DNA of 58,864 nt, filler included, from Squatina squatina (taxonomy: Eukaryota): the NCBI GenBank assembly GCA_031763465.1. It is 4 parts of 4 records of this genome, joined end to end, with 100 filler letters (N's around TTAATTAATTAA, not from the genome) between each part and the next. Parts side by side here need not be neighbours in the genome. Positions count along the whole stretch, not along the records: positions 44,352 to 58,864 come from JARFOE010000203.1; 3 more parts are not named here. One strand, 5' to 3'. The notes beneath the pieces were generated by a model. The model saw nothing but the letters and a program-made list of their open reading frames with translations, did not search any database and was not told the DNA's origin. A program made the translations under genes and the position numbers. Of the stretch, positions 49,149-58,864 are shown in pieces (position 1 is the first letter of the stretch; each line of letters starts with the position of its first letter).

Positions 49149-52100
49149 CTGCAGCACAATAAAAAAAAACACAAGGGTAAGGTCAAAACAGAATCCTGTC
49201 AGTGCACATGCGGAATTATAGGGCATTCTAAAAACTGTTTTCAGCTAATATTTGAAGAATTAGTAACAAGAAATGAAGGCAAATACTGAAAAGTTCTGAA
49301 ACTATGAGCTCTAAGTCAACTTAAGGAAACTTNNNNNNNNNNNNNNNNNNNNNNNNNNNNNNNNNNNNNNNNNNNNNNNNNNNNNNNNNNNNNNNNNNNN
49401 NNNNNNNNNNNNNNNNNNNNNNNNNNNNNNNNTGTGTTGCTGTGCCTGATGTGCATGTTTCTACAGGAGATCTGCTGTTAAAAGCCCAATGGAGCTAGGT
49501 ACTACTACAACGGGGGAAATCATTGGAACCACAAAGAAGTGACAGTTGGGAGCAGGTGTTTGTGTCATCTGCAATCACACTAAATGCATTGAACTGGTGG
49601 AAGCAAACTCCTAAAGACAGGTGGTTTCTTAATTCAGGATTAGTTCAGGATGGATATGAAGGAGACCACATTCAGACAGCAAGAAAGCCTGAACAGACCA
49701 TTTACTGTGCTTGAAGTACAAATCCCCCAGGAAATGCAGTGACTGGCCACTTTATACAAAGCATCTAAGAAAGTTTACATTCTCTCCCGCTGCCCAAGCC
49801 CAGTGCACGGGCAATCCCAAACCTTAAAGGGTCATTGTGGGCTGATTCTGGAAGCAGGCTGGGTTCCAGCAACAGCCTATGTCATAACAAAACATAAATG
49901 TTCCTGGAGTCCCGCCCAAATCTGACCAGAACCACGGATAGGAGCGGGAATTGGTGGCAGGAATTCATGGTGGGNNNNNNNNNNNNNNNNNNNNNNNNNN
50001 NNNNNNNNNNNNNNNNNNNNNNNNNNNNNNNNNNNNNNNNNNNNNNNNNNNNNNNNNNNNNNNNNNNNNNNNNNCCCCGTCAGCTCTGTTCTGGTGGGCA
50101 TAACATATCCAATGGCACTAGTCAAAGAATAGCGGGAAGTTCTTCTGGTGTCCCACCAACATTAATTCCTCAACCAATACCAGCAAAATAGATTAGCGGG
50201 TCAATTATTTCATTGATGTTTGTGGGGCTTTGTGCACAAATTGGCTGCTGCCAAAAATATTTAATTGGGTGTGTTGCACTTTGGGATGTTTGAGGATGCA
50301 GAATATAAGTTTTTTTCACGGTAAGTGCTGTCAATGTCGTTCTACATGGACATACAGCCATTTATTTAGGGTAATAGCAGATAGTAAGTAGTCTCTTCTG
50401 TTAAGTTAAAACGGTAATTTATTTTCAAGCATCTTTGGCAATCTTTTGGAGGAAATGGCCAGTTCCGAACAGTGTATTCTGCCAATCCCTGGCAGCCTAG
50501 TGCAGGTGGGTATTTTTTTTATTTGCCAGAACCCTGGAAGTGTAATGAGGAAATGAATAGCTGGAGGAATGGCGGTGGCCAATCGATTGAAATTGTGCCC
50601 TTAATTCATAATGGTAGTGGATTTTTATTATCATAGTCTAATCTGTTTTGCAACACTGAAAAACATACACCACATATCCCTATTATGTTCTGGCATCACT
50701 CTCCTGAACAGATGTTCAAGTCTAAAATTGAGGCCAAATTGCACTGGAAAAGCTCAGTCACGTTCAAGAGAATTGAAATGGAACACAGTGCAGACACTTC
50801 ACTACCAAGTTTCAGATCCCACTTGCAAGTTCAGTGTAACACGAGATGAAAGATCACCACTGGCTCCAGGGACAAGCCACAAGGCTTTCACACAAGAAAA
50901 AACATTAATTGCTCGATCTACAAACACTACTAAAATTTCTTTGACATAACAAGCCAGTATGTCCCCCAAAAATGGAATACAAAAGTGATCAACGTTACAG
51001 GTCCAAGACCTACACCAACAGTTGATCTTGCAGTCAAACTTGTGGAACAAACTGAAATGAAACAAGCTGCCACCAGAGAACACTGCAATTTACACAGATT
51101 TAAGGACCTCTGTCAAAATCACAGCATTGCAGCAGGGCAAAGAACCCTAAAATGGTTGAGGACCTGAACACAATCAGGTCCTGGACCATGATTTTCACAA
51201 CTCTTCCACCCCAGTTCTAGACCAACATTACAGTAACTTATTTCACCCAAAGCAGTCACCAGCAAGACCAACATTCTAATATGTTGACCTTGAGTGGTCC
51301 CCTCCCCTTTCAGGTGTATGGGATTAAATTGCCACACATATACAAGCTTGCCTCATATCCAATACTGATTGTGTAGTGAATCATTTGTTTGATTAGTGGG
51401 AAACAAGTCATCTTATTGTTCTTCCTGGATTGATTAACAAGCTTCATTTGCTGATTAATTCATTAATAAAAATCAATTTTAGCCGAAGAAAGCAAGCCCA
51501 AAGCAATGTGATTCAGCTATGGCCCATTTCAGTTATATTTTACAGAATCAGGTTTTTACTGCTGCCAGTCAGAAGCCTGAACAGCTAAACAAATGGGCAC
51601 AGATTAAGTCAAAGTCTGGTGCAAAGACTTAGTTTCTACCAAAGGAGTCCATTATTTGTTTCTCACTCATTTCCAGATACATTACAACTCAGAGCTAAAG
51701 TAGTGGAAGTGTATCACATTTACAGTAATTATGATCCTTCACTACATATGGAAGTCAGTATTCTTAAAAAAAATCTGCTGTACCAGGTTAATAAAATTTG
51801 TCCAAGACAAAGATTCAAAAAAATACAGAGTCAAAAAAGTAAAAGAAACCACGCAATCCTAACTTATTCATTTAAATATACCCATTTAAAGGTCCATCAC
51901 ACGTGGAACTTCCCTTAACCCCATACTAAACGGCCTTACAACACTCAATCCGTCTCGGTGACAAGGCCAGGAAATCGTGGCCTGAAACACTCTAATTCCC
52001 AGACCTTAAAGAGGCGTTCTGCCAATTCTTTAATCTAGAAAGTTACAGGAGGTAAGAATCGGGTCTCCTTATCTGACGCCCGATCTCTATTTGCGATGGA

Positions 52101-55100
52101 TTTGCCGGTGTTATTATCTGAAGACAACCGAAAACCAGTTGTGTGCTAGCTTGAGTAATATCACAAAGATGTATGATATGATTTGGAAAATCAGAAACTG
52201 GGCTTAATTAAACATCCTTCATCTTGCAGAATTCATCTGGAAACAGAATTAACAATTNNNNNNNNNNNNNNNNNNNNNNNNNNNNNNNNNNNNNNNNNNN
52301 NNNNNNNNNNNNNNNNNNNNNNNNNNNNNNNNNNNNNNNNNNNNNNNNNNNNNNNNNNNNNNNNNNNNNNNNNNNNNNNNNNNNNNNNNNNNNNNNNNNN
52401 NNNNNNNNNNNNNNNNNNNNNNNNNNNNNNNNNNNNNNNNNNNNNNNNNNNNNNNNNNNNNNNNGCTGTACATCATTTGGGCCATTATACATTACTGATA
52501 CCAGTCATTATTCACCACTAACACACGGCCCAACCACAAAGTGCTGCACTGTAATTCCACTGTCAGAAGGGTGATGCCTGAACCATTTTACTCATCTTTA
52601 AAGAAATTACGAAAGACATTTATCTTTAACAAGTTATTTGTACATACCTGTATGCAGTCTGTATTGTGTACCGCAGAACAAGCAGGAATACTATTCTCCA
52701 GGTCTTACTGCCCAATCCCATTTGCAGTACTACAGATCCTCAATGTAATGTATTGCAGACAAGCTGACTGTATTTATTCACTGTAGAGCGGCATTACTTG
52801 CAAGGGTGCAGCACAATTGGCTGCCAGCAGCCGCTTGCTGGCTTGTAACTCAGATGCGTTGCCATGTAACCTGAGAATCTGAAACTGTTATACTGCCACT
52901 GAAGAATACTGGGGAAGACAAGTTATTTCAAGTTGTGCCCAGGCTTACTGGGCATTGCAAAATTCAGCACCTAAATGCCAAAACGGCAACAGCTAAACCT
53001 TCCTTCATATGTGTTCAGATTAGCTGATACCATAAACCAAGTTCATAGATGTGTGAAATACAGCTATAAAAATAAAACTGGCCCCCTTTAAAGTTAGGAA
53101 TATAATTAGGATGGGGTTGCTCATTAATTTCAAAACCATAAAGCATTAAAAAAAATGCAGCAATTCCCTCAAATACCCTAAGCAACTCTAAGTGCAGCAT
53201 TTTGAACGAGTTGCGTGTATTCCAAAAATTAGAAAAGGTCATTTCAAAAATGATTCAAGTTATGCTTGCGCAGCCTAAGTACCCGGTGAAATCCCCAAAA
53301 CAAGTGTACTATTTTAAAAACAGTCCACAAAGACTAGCTACAAATACAATCTCAAAACTATGAAGTCCACCAAGCTAGCTTTCAGGTATAAAACGGTGGA
53401 ACCTTAAGGTTATCACCTCCACNNNNNNNNNNNNNNNNNNNNNNNNNNNNNNNNNNNNNNNNNNNNNNNNNNNNNNNNNNNNNNNNNNNNNNNNNNNNNN
53501 NNNNNNNNNNNNNNNNNNNNNNATCACCTCCACCTGAATATGTCAAGACCTACTTGAATTATTGTGGAACCCATGTTCAAATGCAGCAATTCTGCCAAGG
53601 GAATGGAAATAAAGTTACTGCAAGCTTGCAAAGGATAGCAAACAGCAAGCCAGAGCAGTTGCTCATTCAGACCCACGTGAGCACCTTAATCAACTTAACA
53701 GTTGCAGGTTTATTTTGCCAGAAGGCAAATTTTCTATATTTGCAAATTCATTGGACAAAATACTAGATTCCATACCAAAGAATTGTTCAAACAAAAATGG
53801 CCTTGAATGTCATTAGAAAATTAACCCTAGTTTGAATCAATGTAAGGCAATCAGCACTTTAGCAGCTTTAAAACCCACCATCCCAGAATTTAGAATAAAA
53901 AACAGGTCCAATCTTAGACTGCAGTATTTGCTCACTAATTTCAGCCCTTAATTTAAAAATGATTTTGAATAAAATCAGTTTTCCCCCTCACTGGAAAACA
54001 GTATCTATGGCATGTACAGACCATGTAAAAATGTTTCTATGGTTAAACAAACCACCCCCCCACCCCCACCAACACATAAGTTTTAACACTTACCATTATC
54101 ACNNNNNNNNNNNNNNNNNNNNNNNNNNNNNNNNNNNNNNNNNNNNNNNNNNNNNNNNNNNNNNNNNNNNNNNNNNNNNNNNNNNNNNNNNNNNNNNNNN
54201 NNNNNNNNNNNNNNNNNNNNNNNNNNNNNNNNNNNNNNNNNNNNNNNNNNNNNNNNNNNNNNNNNNNNNNNNNNNNNNNNNNNNNNNNNNNNNNNNNNNN
54301 NNNNNNNNNNNNNNNNNNNNNNNNNNNNNNNNNNNNNNNNNNNNNNNNNNNNNNNNNNNNNNNNNNNNNNNNNNNNNNNNNNNNNNNNNNNNNNNNNNNN
54401 NNNNNNNNNNNNNNNNNNNNNNNNNNNNNNNNNNNNNNNNNNNNNNNNNNNNNNNNNNNNNNNNNNNNNNNNNNNNNNNNNNNNNNNNNNNNNNNNNNNN
54501 NNNNNNNNNNNNNNNNNNNNNNNNNNNNNNNNNNNNNNNNNNNNNNNNNNNNNNNNNNNNNNNNNNNNNNNNNNNNNNNNNNNNNNNNNNNNNNNNNNNN
54601 NNNNNNNNNNNNNNNNNNNNNNNNNNNNNNNNNNNNNNNNNNNNNNNNNNNNNNNNNNNNNNNNNNNNNNNNNNNNNNNNACTACAAACCTAGTACTCCT
54701 GGGTATGTTACCTACATGCTGGGTACATGGTTTTGCATGCCTTACTGCACTGACCACTCCATCACTATGCCATTTCTACTACTATTGCTCAATTTGCAGA
54801 GTACTGCAATTTAGAACTGGGATACTGCCACCCCAGATTTCTTGCGGTGTATCTTACAAGACCCAATGTATTGATTTACAGGCCTAGCACGAAAAAAACT
54901 CACTTATCTAGGATGTGGAGCAATCTGGCATTACTGCAGTTAATGGCCGTCACAGTTAACATCCTAGTGGCACCTCAAGCCAGACAACTAATGCCATTCT
55001 GCAGCAAGCCGCATAGGAACTTCAATGTCACTGAACAGTGAGTGCTGTGTACAAATTTGCTGTATTGCAAAGCATTAAGTTTCAATAGACTTAATGGACT

Positions 55101-58100
55101 TATGGAACAGGTGGAACAGTTTTAAGCTCACCACCGCATTGTCCAAGATTGAGATTCAGTAGTTTGAAAGCAGAGTATTACTGTATTTGTTTAGTTGGGA
55201 CATAGTTATTTTTGTATTGCATGAAGTTAATTCTGGAATACTGTTGCAATAATTTTTAATTGAGTTCAAGATGAGCATCAATATCTTAGAGAATTCTATA
55301 ATGCGATCAGCACTGCATGCACCACCACAGTGAAGCCCAACAGTTCAGCTCCAACCAGGTGTGTCACTGTAGTGAGGATGCAGAAATCAGACAGACGTCA
55401 AATCACAATAAAGCAGATAGCTTGTTAAACTGCCTACATCCACAAAGCCTGAAAGGAAAACTTTATCTCCCCTTCCAAACCCAAGGAAAGTGGCAACAAA
55501 AATATCTGAATGCCCATTGCAAATCTAAAGGCAAAAATGCATTACATCCCTGCACTATGGGGCAAGTCCAGCAGCAACTGGCTCAATGAACAAATGCACA
55601 CAATACTGAGCCAGAGACCAATAAATCTCTCATTCAATCCCTAGGATGTGCCAACCAACTTAGCTAATCTCAGCCAATAGTAAGCACTGCTATGGGGGTT
55701 CAGTATCCATGGGCTGGGAAGGGAAAAATTGTCAGCCAGGGCTCCCAATGACTATCCCATGACCCTTAATGAAAAACGTGTGCTGGTGAAATCAGGTTTG
55801 GCTCCACGGTTAAACAGCTTCACCACAATCTAGGTTCACACGAATGTCACTTGGAATGATGCACAGGTCACTGCTGGCAACCATAGATCCTCAGCACGAG
55901 TCATCTTCAGACGAGAAAGTTGTAATAAGTTGAGAACAGTAAGAGAAGGAAGAAACAAATTTGAAATACAAGCGTGCTTTGCATTAAGCAGTCAAAACAC
56001 ATTTAACATCTCTTGTTTTCATATCATATCTACATTTTGTTTCCAAACTACAATGTCAATTAGAAATATGTAGTTTTATGGTTATATATTTCTACAAGCT
56101 GCTTTCAGACCCATAAGGTTGTCTCCCATGATCAAGCAGCTGGCCAGAGAGGGACCAGTTGTTAGGCAAGGATTGGCCGCCTTCCCATCTTTGACACTGA
56201 AATGCACAGCTGACCAACAATAAGCCTTCGACACTGCCGTTGGGCAATAAGGAGCACCACCTGGGAGTGGGAAGGATGTTTACTCGCCAATAGCAGCCGG
56301 TTGGGGCAGCTCTCATCTGGTACATCATCCAAGCAGATCGCTTGCAGTTGAAGACTTGACATGAAGGCTCTCCAGAGGCTGCTTTCGTAACTGCAGTAAA
56401 ATTAAANNNNNNNNNNNNNNNNNNNNNNNNNNNNNNNNNNNNNNNNNNNNNNNNNNNNNNNNNNNNNNNNNNNNNNNNNNNNNNNNNNNNNNNNNNNNNN
56501 NNNNNNAATTCCTATTTTTGAACATGCAAACCTCCAAGTTAATTGGAATCTCTGAAAGTCAGTAACATTGATTTGTCAGTGGACTTCATTCCCACCCCAG
56601 CACAGACTGGATTTGTCTGCAGACTCAGACTGCCACAAAGACCTCTGGGAAGAAAAGAAAACTTTTGCAAAATACTCATTAAGACAATGTTAAAACAGTC
56701 CAGCCTGTATCCAAAACTAGAACCACAAAAACAAGATTCATTGAAAGCAAAACAAAGCTCCTATTTAGCAAAATCCGATTAGGTGGCAATTCGGATATAA
56801 ATAGATCCAGACATTTCAATGCCGCTAGTTTAAAAAAGCAGGAAGATCTCTTTGCAAGACCTAGTTTCCCATGTGGAAATAAGACACCAATTGTGTACTT
56901 TGGCCAGACTCAATTTAAATCAAAATAATAGATCTCAGGCCAAAAAAAGTTCAACTTAAATATGAAGATACATAACCAGGACAACTGCCAATTTTGTTTT
57001 CAGTGCACTTCATTNNNNNNNNNNNNNNNNNNNNNNNNNNNNNNNNNNNNNNNNNNNNNNNNNNNNNNNNNNNNNNNNNNNNNNNNNNNNNNNNNNNNNN
57101 NNNNNNNNNNNNNNNNNNNNNNNNNNNNNNNNNNNNNNNNNNNNNNNNNNNNNNNNNNNNNNNNNNNNNNNNNNNNNNNNNNNNNNNNNNNNNNNNNNNN
57201 NNNNNNNNNNNNNNNNNNNNNNNNNNNNNNNNNNNNNNNNNNNNNNNNNNNNNNNNNNNNNNNNNNNNNNNNNNNNNNNNNNNNNNNNNNNNNNNNNNNN
57301 NNNNNNNNNNNNNNNNNNNNNNNNNNNNNNNNNNNGGCACTTCAGTGTACAGTCGAAGGACTGGGAAAAGATGCCTATTTGCACTATCACTGTTGCTTGA
57401 CATAATTCAACATTCACAATGTGCCAGCGTGAATTGTTACAGTTTACAAAGTTTAGTCAATACACAAATCTAAATAGGCATAAAATGCAACTTTGCCACC
57501 AACTAAAAAACGTAAGAATGAAGAGTTCATTTCTAAATGAAAGACCATATCTGGAATGCACACTACAGGAGGGCTATGAATTCTAGTATCTAGGCTTCTT
57601 GTTAGCTGCTTCATATTCTTCTCTCCCTCTACCAAAACTAGGCCCAGTAGGCCCCATAGGACGGGGGGGTTGAGCATTCATTGGACCTGGGGTTCCCTGT
57701 CCAAAGCGGTCATTACGCTATTGGAAGAGATTTTAAAGTTCATCATACATGGTAGCATTCAATGTCCATATAAGTTGCACGTTACAAAGTGAGTAAAATG
57801 TGTAACATTAGGTCAGGAAAGACATCCGCAGTCAATGTTCGTCGATTACAACCAGGAATGGGGCGATCCACAGGTACCAGGCACATAAAAAGAAAAAAGA
57901 GGGCAAGTTGTTCATTAGTTTACTGACCGGTACATGGAGGAATCCATGGTGGGTATAATCGACCCATGACTTGTGATAACTTAAGAACAGTGGCTATTCT
58001 GCTTGTAGTGCAAGCAAACCACTATTACCAACACAGGGATGCATTTCAATATGCACGAGTCTGATACGGGTTAATAGATTCCTTTTCATTACCATTACAA

Positions 58101-58864
58101 TCTCCACATCATGCAGTTTCCGAGATGCAGAGCTTTAACACTTCAAGTTAAATAGCCTCTGCCCTTAATAGAAGTCACAAGTAACCACCGACTTATTCCC
58201 ACCCCCTATTTCCCCATTTAATGCAATCTGACTAATGAGCCAGTATTGTAGTACATGCTCTGCAGAGTTTTCATGCCAGTACAAAACCAGTAAGGCATGA
58301 TGGCCCACGAACAAATTTCCCATCTTCTTTCAATGTAAAGTCAATCTTTGAGATGGTTTATCTTTGCAAGATCTTGGTTTAAAGCAACCATGTTGTAGAA
58401 CCTTCAACTACACTGAAAATTCCTATTCATGGGGGCAAACTAAAATTTATAATCACAGCACAAGTACTACAACACTGGATCAGCGTTACCATTCAAAATT
58501 ACCAGGGTAAAATGCAGTATTCTACAAAACATTACACCCATTAAGTGCATGAGAATTACCAGGACATTTCCCTCAATTTTAAAATGCCTAACTCAATTTT
58601 ACCACTTGCACAGTACACCTCAAAAGTTTGGAGGGTAGGCAAGCGGGTTTGCCATGACCAATGGCACACTGCTGTGCTAAAGGGAGGACAATTGATAATC
58701 CTCCCTCACTTCACTCCCCAAGGAGCAAGTTATTGTCACAAGTCAACTCAAGTGCTGACAGATATTGTCACAAGAACAACAGAAGGTTTTGAAGCAAGTC
58801 TCAAAAGTATTAATGTGGTAACATTCGTTAACTAGTCACAAATAGTGATTATCCCATTCAGAAT

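Noticed and set aside
52858-52870. RFX X-box-like GTTGCCATGTAAC near a CCAAT box
   Set aside because: One base short of the canonical palindrome, with no associated exon or CpG island.
53412-53533. ATCACCTCCAC repeated on both sides of a gap
   Set aside because: Most likely a contig-end overlap (a near zero-length gap), not a target-site duplication.

Overview
Gappy draft scaffold of eukaryotic, vertebrate DNA, most likely from a cartilaginous fish; this is inferred from the SacSINE1/DeuSINE-like SINEs and the CR1/L2/Penelope/Harbinger repeat mix. It is built from many 1-3 kb contigs joined mostly by 100-N gaps, and three N44-TTAATTAATTAA-N44 linkers mark artificial joins. The first 17.5 kb carries the KLHL23(-), PHOSPHO2(-), CCDC173/CFAP210(+), PPIG(-) block in the same order and relative orientation as human 2q31. 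Between KLHL23 and PHOSPHO2 lie three PHGDH exons. One PHGDH intron holds an intact, intronless, same-strand MROH (maestro HEAT-repeat) ORF on the same contig as a PHGDH exon, a probable nested retrogene and the strongest novelty candidate here. Further along are one sucrase-isomaltase/maltase-glucoamylase exon, a PTAFR-like GPCR, many TE fragments and several unexplained hairpins and candidate exons. No prokaryotic-type system (CRISPR, operon) is present. All gene calls come from recalled protein similarity, not database searches.
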